Assembly (NCBI GenBank): GCA_964617045.1
Contig: CAZTVZ010000004.1
Span: 15,799 to 79,798, forward strand
DNA length: 64,000 nt
DNA from: an uncultured Gammaproteobacteria bacterium
GTDB taxonomy: Bacteria; Patescibacteriota; Microgenomatia; UBA8517
Direction: 5' to 3'
The notes under the pieces are model-generated. The model ran no database searches, was not told where the DNA came from, and saw only the letters and a program-made list of their open reading frames with translations. Shown piece after piece: positions 9,740-18,464 of the stretch. Position 1 is the stretch's first letter, and the number at the start of each line of letters is the position of its first letter. The position numbers and the translations under genes were made by a program.

Positions 9740-10359
9740 TGGTTGACGGATTTACAGAAAGAAAAATAAAACAAATAGCATATTTCGGATTTGCGGATAC
9801 CGACCCCAACGATCCTTTATATAAAGAAGCATACGAAGTGTCAAAGTATTTAACCGAAAAAGGTTTCACCGCAATTAATGGTGGTGGCCCCGGTACAATG
9901 CGTGCGGTATCGGAAGGTGCAAAAAAGGCTAACGGAACAGCTATAGGGGTTACTTTTTATCCCAAAGATATTACCAATTTTGAAGGAAGGGACAAGGGCA
10001 ATCCGATAGATATCGAAATTAAAACCAAAAATTATTTGGAAAGAACCCTAAAACTTTTGGAACTTGGAGATGCGTACATTGTTTTCAAAGGAGGTACGGG
10101 AACGATTTCCGAATTCGCAATGGCTTGGGGATTGGGAAGATTATATTTTGGGCATCACAAACCACTGATTTTATACGGAGACTTCTGGAACAATATAATT
10201 AATTCTTTTATGGAAAATATGAAGATTAGATCTGAAGAATTGAAGGTGTATAGAATAGTCAAAACACCCGAAGAAGCGTTTGAAGCCCTCAATTATTTCG
10301 AAGAAATACTTCACAAGAGAGAAGAAGTGAGTGAAGACGAAAAGGCTTTTCAACTTTAA
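9739..10359 (+). CDS. LOG-family protein (cytokinin riboside 5'-monophosphate phosphoribohydrolase / SLOG-type).
   Basis: INGGGPGTMRAVSEGA and YIVFKGGTGTISE match the LOG/TIGR00730 PGGxGTxxE motifs. The ATG at 9739 overlaps the gap stop. Confidence 0.65.
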   Translation: MVDGFTERKIKQIAYFGFADTDPNDPLYKEAYEVSKYLTEKGFTAINGGGPGTMRAVSEGAKKANGTAIGVTFYPKDITNFEGRDKGNPIDIEIKTKNYLERTLKLLELGDAYIVFKGGTGTISEFAMAWGLGRLYFGHHKPLILYGDFWNNIINSFMENMKIRSEELKVYRIVKTPEEAFEALNYFEEILHKREEVSEDEKAFQL

Positions 10360-10363
10360 AAAT

Positions 10364-11167
10364 ATGGAAAATCTGCCCGATAAAGCCAGACAAGTTAGGA
10401 AACTGGTGTTACAAATGATCTACGAATCCGGTGTTGGACATCCTGCCGGAAGCTTAAGTTCTGCCGATATCCTCACTTATTTATATTCGGTTGAGCTGAA
10501 GAAAAGATCCGATGATCCGTATTGGGAAGATAGAGACAGATTTGTTCTTTCGGCAGGTCATCTTTGTCCGGCTCTTTATTCAATTTTAAGTATTGAAGGA
10601 TATTTTCCCAAGGAAGAATTAAATACTCATGCGAAACTCGGAACGAGACTTCAAGGACATCCGGAAAGAGAAAAAATACCCGGAATAGAAACTTCCTCTG
10701 GATCTTTAGGTATGGGTTTGGGGCAAGCGTCGGGAATTGCATTGGCCGGAAAAATGGACGGAAAGGACTACCGTGTATATTGTCTTTCTTCAGATGGAGA
10801 ACATAATGAAGGATCACATTGGGAAGCAGTAATGTTTGCTGCCAAAAAACATCTTTCCAACTTGGTTTTAATTATCGATAGGAACAAAATTCAAATTGAC
10901 GGGACAACGGAAGAGGTAAATCCTTTGGGAGAACTTGCTCTTAAGTATAAGGAATTTGGATGGAACACTTTAGAAATTGATGGGCATAATTTTGAAGAAA
11001 TGGAAAAAGCTTTCGTTGAAGCAAAGGAAGAAAAACAAAAACCGACAGCAATTATTGCGACCACAATTGCCGGTAAAGGTGTATCTTTTATGAACAGCCC
11101 ATTATGGCATGCAAAGGTGCCAACAAAAGAGGAATACGATAATGCAATGGAGGAATTAAATGCTTAA
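10364..11167 (+). CDS. tktN: Transketolase, N-terminal (TPP-binding) subunit.
   Basis: SGVGHPAGSLSSADIL, GHL(C)PALY, and the TPP-binding motif GSLGMGLGQASGIA. It is split from the next ORF in the archaeal-style two-gene arrangement. Confidence 0.9.
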   Translation: MENLPDKARQVRKLVLQMIYESGVGHPAGSLSSADILTYLYSVELKKRSDDPYWEDRDRFVLSAGHLCPALYSILSIEGYFPKEELNTHAKLGTRLQGHPEREKIPGIETSSGSLGMGLGQASGIALAGKMDGKDYRVYCLSSDGEHNEGSHWEAVMFAAKKHLSNLVLIIDRNKIQIDGTTEEVNPLGELALKYKEFGWNTLEIDGHNFEEMEKAFVEAKEEKQKPTAIIATTIAGKGVSFMNSPLWHAKVPTKEEYDNAMEELNA

Positions 11168-12149
11168 AGATTATTTAAATTTGGAACTATTTGAAACAAA
11201 TGTCGAAAAGAAAGCACCCAGAGATGGTTTCGGGGAGGGGATGCTTATCGCAGGAGAAAAACACGAGAATGTTGTCGCTCTTGTTGCAGACCTGAAAGAT
11301 TCGATGAGATTATCCAAATTCGCTGAAAGATACCCCGAAAGATTTATTGAGATGGGAGTATCCGAGCAAAATATGATTTCCGTTGCATCGGGTCTTGCCG
11401 TATCTGGGAAGATTCCATTTGCTGCCTCATATGCGGTTTTTTCTCCGGGGAGGACATGGGAACACTTGAAAGTATCCGTTGCAATAAATAATGTACCGGT
11501 CCAGATTGTCGGAGGACACGCCGGATTTTCTGCCGGACCATACGGTTCTACGCACCAATCCTTGGAAGATGTTGGTTTGACCAGAATCCTTCCCAACATG
11601 AGAGTATTATCTCCTTGTGATTACGAAGAAACCAAAAAAGCCGTAATTGCCATGGCGGAAGATCCAAAACCCACATATATAAGATTCGAAAAATTTGAGA
11701 CACCGATGATAACGACCAAAGAGACGCCTTTCGAGATAGGGAAGGGACAAATCGTGTGGGAATCGAAAGATCCCCAAGTTGGAATAATTGCCACTGGATC
11801 ATCACTTTACGAAGCAATAATGGCCGCTAAAGACCTTGACGAAAGAGGAATTGAATCGATTGTCGTGAATATCCACACCATTAAACCTTTAGACATCGAT
11901 CTTATTAATCGTGTATCAAGAATGACCGGTTGTTTGGTTACGGTAGAAAATCACCAAATTGCCGGTGGATTGGGATCTCTGATTAGTGAGACTCTTGCTC
12001 AAAATGGTCCGATTCCCATGGAAATTGTTGCGGTTGAAGATTCTTTCGGAGAATCCGGAGAACCGGATGAACTAAAAAAGAAACACGGACTAAAAAGAGA
12101 AAACATTGTTGAAAGAGCTAAAAAAGCAATTCTACGAAAAACTTCTTAA
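11160..12149 (+). CDS. tktC: Transketolase, C-terminal (pyrimidine-binding) subunit.
   Basis: Transketolase Pyr and C-terminal domains, with FAERYPERFIEMGVSEQNM. It overlaps the tktN stop. Confidence 0.9.
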   Translation: MLKDYLNLELFETNVEKKAPRDGFGEGMLIAGEKHENVVALVADLKDSMRLSKFAERYPERFIEMGVSEQNMISVASGLAVSGKIPFAASYAVFSPGRTWEHLKVSVAINNVPVQIVGGHAGFSAGPYGSTHQSLEDVGLTRILPNMRVLSPCDYEETKKAVIAMAEDPKPTYIRFEKFETPMITTKETPFEIGKGQIVWESKDPQVGIIATGSSLYEAIMAAKDLDERGIESIVVNIHTIKPLDIDLINRVSRMTGCLVTVENHQIAGGLGSLISETLAQNGPIPMEIVAVEDSFGESGEPDELKKKHGLKRENIVERAKKAILRKTS

Positions 12150-12184
12150 TTGACCTTATTTATGTTAAATTTATATGACCTGCC

Positions 12185-12961
12185 ATGGCTGATATCAACA
12201 TAGACAAATTTCTTCGAAATGATAAAGCGATTTTCCTTGCTTACGATCATGGATTTGAACATGGCCCAACCGATTTCAACGAAGAAACTATTGATCCGGG
12301 AAAGGTTCTCGAAATCGCCTTAAAAAGCGATGTTTTTACAGCAGTAATATTTCAGGAGGGAATTGCTCAATCATATTATCCGATAGGCGGAATCGATTCT
12401 AATAAATATCCTCCCCTCATTGTTAAGTTAAACGGTAAAACATCTTTCCATACCGGCGAGGAACCATATAGCCCTCTTCTTTGTACCGTTGACGAAGCAA
12501 TAAGAATCGGTGCATCCGGTGTTGGCTACACAATTTATGTTGGTAGTGAACACGAAGCAACAATGATGCAGGAATTTTCAACAATTGAAGACGAAGCACA
12601 TGCCAAGGGCTTAACAGTAACGGCGTGGATGTATCCAAGGGGTAAACGTGTCGAGGGAAAGGAAAACAGTAAAGATGTTGTTGCCTATGCTGCAAGGCTT
12701 GGAGAAGAATTGGGAGCCGATTTTATTAAAATACCTTACACTGGTGATCCCGAAAGCTTTTCCTGGGTAGTAAAATCTGCCGGTAAAGCACGTGTTCTTG
12801 TTTCGGGTGGAGTGAAGAAAGATAAAACAGAGTTTTTGAAAGATGTAAAAGATTTTATGTCCGTTGGGACGACAGGGATCGCTGTTGGAAGAAACGTTTG
12901 GCAATCTGACGATCCGATAGGTATGAGTAAAGAATTGGCGAATATTATCTATGGAAAATAA
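12185..12961 (+). CDS. fbaB: Class I fructose-bisphosphate aldolase, DhnA/archaeal type.
   Basis: LAYDHGFEHGP, the Schiff-base lysine region IKI(P)YTG, and VSGG are typical of DhnA-family aldolases. Confidence 0.7.
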   Translation: MADINIDKFLRNDKAIFLAYDHGFEHGPTDFNEETIDPGKVLEIALKSDVFTAVIFQEGIAQSYYPIGGIDSNKYPPLIVKLNGKTSFHTGEEPYSPLLCTVDEAIRIGASGVGYTIYVGSEHEATMMQEFSTIEDEAHAKGLTVTAWMYPRGKRVEGKENSKDVVAYAARLGEELGADFIKIPYTGDPESFSWVVKSAGKARVLVSGGVKKDKTEFLKDVKDFMSVGTTGIAVGRNVWQSDDPIGMSKELANIIYGK

Positions 12962-13946
12962 AATCGATCTTCTTTCCATTGGTGACGCATCGATGGATGT
13001 GTTTTTGGCTCCTTCAGAGGTAGAAACATTTTGCTCGATTAATAAAAAGGATTGTGTTGTGAGCTTCGCATACGGAGACAAGATACCTGTCAAGCACATG
13101 CAATGGTCAGTAGGAGGAAATGCTGCAAATAACGCTGTTGGAAGTCGAAGACTTGGGGTAAATGTGGGACTTCTTCTTACTCTTGGCGATGATATTGTCG
13201 GCAACGAAATAATCCAAAGCCTAAAAGTTGAGAATATTGATCTTTCGATGGTAATACAACAACCATCGACAACCAGCAATTTTTCTACAGCAATAACATA
13301 CGGGGGAGAAAGAACGATATTTACATATCATGCCCCAAGGAGTTATGAGTTTCCTGTTCAACTACCATCCATTCCTTGGATATATTTAACATCAATGGGT
13401 GAATCATTCAGACCGTTTTACAACCACCTTGCGGACTATATGGCAAAACATCCTGAAGTAAAACTTGCATACAACCCGGGATCAAGACAATTACGGGCAG
13501 GTATGGAGGGAATAGGGGATATTTTAAAACTCACATATTTGATTTTTGTGAACAGAGAAGAAGCAGAAAAACTTACTTCGATGGGTGATTCTCATGGTAA
13601 GGAAAGAGACCTTATTACCAACCTTTCAAAAATTGGCCCTAAGGTGTGTGTGATTACCGATGGACAAAATGGAGCTTATGTTTTCGACGGAGCTAATTAT
13701 TTGCATTGCAACGTGTTTCCGATGGATGCGTACGAAAGAACAGGAGCAGGTGATGCTTTTGGCAGCGGTTTTTTGTCAGCCGTAATTGAGGGAAAAACCA
13801 TAAATGACGCATTAATATGGGGAACGGTCAATAGTGCCTCTGTTATTGCATATGTGGGTGCACAGAAGGGTTTACTGCATAGTAACGAAATGCAAGAATG
13901 GGTTGATAGAGCAAAAAGTTCTGGTGTAGTCGTTACAACTTTTTAA
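12951..13946 (+). CDS. PfkB-family carbohydrate kinase (ribokinase / possible PFK-B).
   Basis: GGNAANNAVG (PfkB motif 1) and TGAGDAFGSGF (motif 2, the DTxGAGD anion hole). Confidence 0.8.
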   Translation: MENKIDLLSIGDASMDVFLAPSEVETFCSINKKDCVVSFAYGDKIPVKHMQWSVGGNAANNAVGSRRLGVNVGLLLTLGDDIVGNEIIQSLKVENIDLSMVIQQPSTTSNFSTAITYGGERTIFTYHAPRSYEFPVQLPSIPWIYLTSMGESFRPFYNHLADYMAKHPEVKLAYNPGSRQLRAGMEGIGDILKLTYLIFVNREEAEKLTSMGDSHGKERDLITNLSKIGPKVCVITDGQNGAYVFDGANYLHCNVFPMDAYERTGAGDAFGSGFLSAVIEGKTINDALIWGTVNSASVIAYVGAQKGLLHSNEMQEWVDRAKSSGVVVTTF

Positions 13947-13947
13947 A

Positions 13948-14934
13948 ATGTCAAAAATATTTGTTACAAGAAAATTTCCAGGGGATAGTCTTGACAGGCT
14001 TAAGGAGGGGAATGAAACAGAAATCTCCGAATTCGACAGAGATTTGTCCCAGGAAGAATTAATCGAAAAAGTAAAAGGCACCGATGCTATTTTGTCTCTC
14101 TTGAAAGATCGAATTGATGGCGATTTAATGGATATCGCTGGGCCTCAGTTGAAAGTAATATCCAATTATGCAGTTGGTTATGACAACATTGACGTTAAAG
14201 CCGCAACTGACAGGGGAATCGTTGTTACCAATACTCCTTGTGACGAAGTCAACGAAGCGGTAGCGGAACACACTTGGGCATTGATGCTTACTTTAACAAG
14301 AAGAATTGTGGAGGCAGATGAAGCTACAAGAAGAGGGGCTTTTAAAGGATGGGAACCCGATATTTTTCTGGGAACCAACCTTATCGGTAAGACTTTGGGA
14401 ATAATCGGTATGGGAAGAATCGGATCTATGGTTGCAAGAAGAGCAAGGGGATACAACATGACGGTTCTTTACAATAAACACACACCGGATTTGGAAGCAG
14501 AAAAAGAATTGGGTGTTCAGTTTGCGACTTTGGACGAGCTTCTTTCCAAATCGGATATAGTGTCTTTGCATGTTCCTCTCTGCGATGAAACAAGGTATCT
14601 AATGAACAAAGAAAGCCTGGCAAAAATGAAGAAAGGGGCATACTTAATAAATACAGCTAGAGGCCCGGTAGTTAGAGAAGACGATTTGGTTGAAGATCTA
14701 AGATCCGGCCATTTGGGGGGAGCCGCTCTTGATGTCTTTGAAAATGAACCGAATATTAATCCTGAACTGATTGGAATGGAAAATGTTATCCTCACGCCCC
14801 ACATTGCAAGTGCAACAAAAGAGGCAAGATATAAAATGGCTGAATTGGCGGTTGAAGGAATATTGTCGACCTTAAAAGGTAATATGCCGACCAACATAGT
14901 CAATGAAGAAGTGTGGAATAATAGGCGAAAATAG
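13948..14934 (+). CDS. D-isomer-specific 2-hydroxyacid dehydrogenase (glyoxylate/hydroxypyruvate reductase or PGDH-like).
   Basis: NAD-binding motif GIIGMGRIGSMVARRA, and catalytic residues R...E...H in LINTARG...E...HIAS. Confidence 0.85.
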   Translation: MSKIFVTRKFPGDSLDRLKEGNETEISEFDRDLSQEELIEKVKGTDAILSLLKDRIDGDLMDIAGPQLKVISNYAVGYDNIDVKAATDRGIVVTNTPCDEVNEAVAEHTWALMLTLTRRIVEADEATRRGAFKGWEPDIFLGTNLIGKTLGIIGMGRIGSMVARRARGYNMTVLYNKHTPDLEAEKELGVQFATLDELLSKSDIVSLHVPLCDETRYLMNKESLAKMKKGAYLINTARGPVVREDDLVEDLRSGHLGGAALDVFENEPNINPELIGMENVILTPHIASATKEARYKMAELAVEGILSTLKGNMPTNIVNEEVWNNRRK

Positions 14935-15025
14935 ATAATAATGAACAATAATATATACGCTAACTTCAAAAAGTTATTAACGTTTTCACAAACCGAAATT
15001 AATACGAAAGGATATTGAATACAAA

Positions 15026-16081
15026 ATGGGACTTTTCGGCAGAAGAAAAAGTGAAGAAGAACTGGAAGAAGAGTTGTTCGAAGAAGAAGAAGAGCTTCGA
15101 AAAACAAAAAGAAAACTAAAAGACTTAAACCCTCAGAATAAAAGGTCAAGAAAAGAGCCGGTAAAACCATGGACAAAAGCAGACAGAATTCTCGTTGGAG
15201 GTGTCTTTTTTGGAACGGTAATTGCTGCACTTATTCTTTTTGCTTTTTCCGTTGACTGGAAATTACCCGGACTTCCAAGAATAGGGTTTCCGACTTTTAA
15301 ACCTGACGAAGATGTCTTGACTGTTAACAAAGAAGACCGAGAGACGGCACAAAAAATTAAAGACGAAGTAAATATCGAGTCAAAGAAACTATCAGGAACA
15401 TATGCGTTTAGCTACATCAGATTAGACGACGGATTTTCTTTTGGCTTAAATGATTCTGTAAAAATGAATGCGGCATCTTTAATGAAGATGCCTGTTTTGA
15501 TTGCATATTTCAAATCATACGAAAAAGGAGAGGTAAATTTGGAAGAACAACATGTACTAGCAAATACCGATAAAGAGACAGGATCCGGATCTTTGTCGGG
15601 TAAACCTGCGGGAACAAAAATTACCTATAAAGAATTGGTCTATTTAATGGGAAAAGAATCTGACAACACGGCAATGAAAATAGTGTCTTCAAAAATCGGA
15701 GAGGAAAAGATTAAAGCCGTGATAAAAGAAGTCGGAATGATCAACACAGATTATTCCAAATGGGAAACAACCGCTTCCGATATGGCCGAACTATTTTACA
15801 AATTGTACAAAGGGGATTTGGTAAGTCAAAAATCAAGAGATATGATCCTCGATTCAATTACAAGCACCATATACGAGAGTGTTATCCCGGCCGGAATTAA
15901 TGACAATATAAGAATTGCACATAAATACGGAAGAGAACTTCATATTATTCATGACGCCGGAATAATCTTCGGGAAAGAGCCGTATGTTTTGGCGGTAATG
16001 TCAAAAAGTATACTTGATAAAGAGGGAGAGGTGTTTATTCCTCAAATTGTCTCATCAATCCACTCGGGAATTGGGAATTAA
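15026..16081 (+). CDS. Serine hydrolase, class A beta-lactamase-like, membrane-anchored.
   Basis: N-terminal charged tail plus a TM helix, and an SxxK motif (AASLMKMP), in the fold-size range of class A beta-lactamases. It converges on the PBP gene, with 47 nt of 3' overlap. Confidence 0.55.
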   Translation: MGLFGRRKSEEELEEELFEEEEELRKTKRKLKDLNPQNKRSRKEPVKPWTKADRILVGGVFFGTVIAALILFAFSVDWKLPGLPRIGFPTFKPDEDVLTVNKEDRETAQKIKDEVNIESKKLSGTYAFSYIRLDDGFSFGLNDSVKMNAASLMKMPVLIAYFKSYEKGEVNLEEQHVLANTDKETGSGSLSGKPAGTKITYKELVYLMGKESDNTAMKIVSSKIGEEKIKAVIKEVGMINTDYSKWETTASDMAELFYKLYKGDLVSQKSRDMILDSITSTIYESVIPAGINDNIRIAHKYGRELHIIHDAGIIFGKEPYVLAVMSKSILDKEGEVFIPQIVSSIHSGIGN

Positions 16082-18434
16082 TATCGGTTGATGCACCTTC
16101 CAATATTTTGTTGTTCTCCTCAATAATTTGTTGAACGGACTCTTTTGAACAATGTTTTGTGGGAACTTCAGATTCTTTAAACCACTCTTCTTTTGAAGGA
16201 CAGCCTTCGCAAGGAAGTGTTCCTGTGTAGGAACAGATTTTAACTTTTACCATCTTTTCGGGAACATCCCAGTTGTAGGTTTGTTTGTTTTCCAGTAAAT
16301 AAGACATAATTTTATTCCATATCGGAGCAGCTCCGGTAACACCGGAGGCAATTCTGCTCATTGGGGTGTTGTCGTTATTTCCTACCCATACTGCAACGAG
16401 ATAGTCTTTGGTAAAACCAACAGTAAGGTTATCTTTCAAGTCATTACTTGTCCCGGTTTTTACGGCAACTTCAGGATGGTTTTTAATAACAAGCTGAGAA
16501 TTCAATCCGAATGCCGGAGCTCTTGCGGAGTTGTCTTTAAGAATATCAATTAATTGATATGCAACGGTTTCTTCGAGTATCTGTTCTCCTTTGTTTTCGC
16601 ATGTTTTCTCAAATGGATTGACCGTAAACGAAGGAGTGGGGGACTTGAGTGGGAAGTTATCTTGTATGCAGGTGTTGGCATATAGTACTTTTCCTTGATA
16701 ATTGGAAACGCTGATGATGTCGTTAAGTTCCGGTTTAACTCCCATGTTGGCAATTGTTGCATAAACCATTGCAAGTTCAGTTAATCTTACTTCACCACCA
16801 CCGAGGGTCAGGGAAAGACCAAATCTGCCGGGGTCGTTCCATGAAGTTATTCCCATTTTGGTGCCAAGATTTATCATATTTTTTACTCCATAACTGGCAA
16901 GAATTTTTACTGCAGGAATGTTTCTTGATTCGGCAAGGGCCGACCTTAATGAGATTTTCCCTCTGAATTTGCCGTCATAGTTTTTTGGTGAGTATGTTTC
17001 GCTACCCGGAGTAACAAAAGATACCGGTGAATCATCGATGATACTTGCGGGAGTGTACCCGTTTCCTAAAGCATAGGCGTAGTTAACAACCTTTATGGAA
17101 GAACCCGGTTGTCTTAGGGAAGTTGTAATATTGAATTGTCCGTCCACTGTGGAATCGAAATAGTCTTTTGATCCGACCATGGCAAGTATTTCTCCCGTTT
17201 CAGGGTCAAGAACTATAACGGCTCCGTTTCCTACACGATACGCTTTAAGAGAATTAATTTCTTTGTTTACTATTTCCTCTGCTTTCTTTTGGATGTTGTA
17301 ATCCAAAGTTGTTACAACTTCCAGCCCTCCAGTTTCGATTACTTCCTCGCCATATCTCTGTGCAAGAATTTGTTTTACATACATTACAAAATGAGGTGCT
17401 TTAATTTCGATCTTGTTGGGAATAATTTTAATTTCCTCGTATTTTGCAAAGTTTGCTTCGTTTTGGGATACATATCCGTTAACAGCCATAAGGTTTAACA
17501 CTGTTTGCTGCCTTTCTTTAGCAGAAACAGGATCACTGTAAGGTGAATATTTTGAGGGAGATTTGGGTAGTCCTGCCAAATATGCAGCTTCGGGAAGGGT
17601 AAGATTAACCGCACTTTTACCGAAATACATCTGGGATGCTTCTTCTATCCCATATGCCGTTCCTCCGTACGGAACCTCATTTAAATACATTTCCAAAATT
17701 TGATCTTTAGAATACACAACTTCTGTCTCAATCGAGAGAACTAATTCTTTTACTTTTCTGATCAATGTTTTTTCCGGAGTAAGAAGAGTGTTCTTTATCA
17801 GTTGTTGGGTAATGGTTGATCCTCCCGCCATGGTTCCCGATTTTAGATTCCTCACGATTGCCCTTGAAATTCCTTTTATGGAAAAGCCAAAGTGTTGATA
17901 AAATTCAGCGTCTTCGGCAGCCAGAGTTGCTTTTATTACGTGATCGGGGAGAGAGCTAAGCTTAATTGGAGTTCTGTTTTTGTCTTTATATATTTTATAT
18001 AGTAGAGTTCCGTTGCGATCGTAAATTTTGGTCGATACTTCTTGGTTCCTGACAGACAACTCTTTGGGAGAGGGTAGATCTCTGAAAATCATAAACCAGA
18101 TGGCAAGCATAATTGATCCGGCAACAAGGACGGGAATTATTATCTTCGAATAGTTTAATTTTCCGACCCTCCTCTTTTTTGCTTTTACAAATTTAATTTT
18201 GATTTTTTTCTTTTTAATTCTTTTTGTGGGAACGAATTTAATCGAATATAACTTGCCTAGAAATTTTGATATTCCTTTCCAGACAACGAAAAAGACAAAC
18301 AAAACTCCTGTTACAAGATAATAAAAAACAAAGAAGAAAGGACGACCGACGCAAGAGAGTACCCGTGCCATTATTGGCCGGGTCTTTGCTTTTAATTTAC
18401 GGGCAGTTTTAACATGATGGGTGACCTTCGCCAC
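16035..18434 (-). CDS. Class A penicillin-binding protein (bifunctional transglycosylase/transpeptidase, PBP1A-type).
   Basis: GT51 motifs EDAEFYQHFG and GGSTITQQL, and transpeptidase motifs SxxK (QPGSSIKV), SRN and KTG(T). The true start may lie inside the ORF: the first about 100 aa are an unusual Lys-rich extension. Confidence 0.9.
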   Translation of the reverse strand: MAKVTHHVKTARKLKAKTRPIMARVLSCVGRPFFFVFYYLVTGVLFVFFVVWKGISKFLGKLYSIKFVPTKRIKKKKIKIKFVKAKKRRVGKLNYSKIIIPVLVAGSIMLAIWFMIFRDLPSPKELSVRNQEVSTKIYDRNGTLLYKIYKDKNRTPIKLSSLPDHVIKATLAAEDAEFYQHFGFSIKGISRAIVRNLKSGTMAGGSTITQQLIKNTLLTPEKTLIRKVKELVLSIETEVVYSKDQILEMYLNEVPYGGTAYGIEEASQMYFGKSAVNLTLPEAAYLAGLPKSPSKYSPYSDPVSAKERQQTVLNLMAVNGYVSQNEANFAKYEEIKIIPNKIEIKAPHFVMYVKQILAQRYGEEVIETGGLEVVTTLDYNIQKKAEEIVNKEINSLKAYRVGNGAVIVLDPETGEILAMVGSKDYFDSTVDGQFNITTSLRQPGSSIKVVNYAYALGNGYTPASIIDDSPVSFVTPGSETYSPKNYDGKFRGKISLRSALAESRNIPAVKILASYGVKNMINLGTKMGITSWNDPGRFGLSLTLGGGEVRLTELAMVYATIANMGVKPELNDIISVSNYQGKVLYANTCIQDNFPLKSPTPSFTVNPFEKTCENKGEQILEETVAYQLIDILKDNSARAPAFGLNSQLVIKNHPEVAVKTGTSNDLKDNLTVGFTKDYLVAVWVGNNDNTPMSRIASGVTGAAPIWNKIMSYLLENKQTYNWDVPEKMVKVKICSYTGTLPCEGCPSKEEWFKESEVPTKHCSKESVQQIIEENNKILEGASTDINSQFPSGLMRQFEE

Positions 18435-18464
18435 TAAAGGTATTTTAGCAAGAAATGAGGCTAT

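Noticed and set aside
16035-18434. The N-terminal extension of about 100 aa of the first PBP as a separate gene or frameshift.
   Set aside because: It is in frame and continuous. It may be a real cytoplasmic tail or an over-called start, and I cannot decide which from sequence alone. Only the one CDS is reported.
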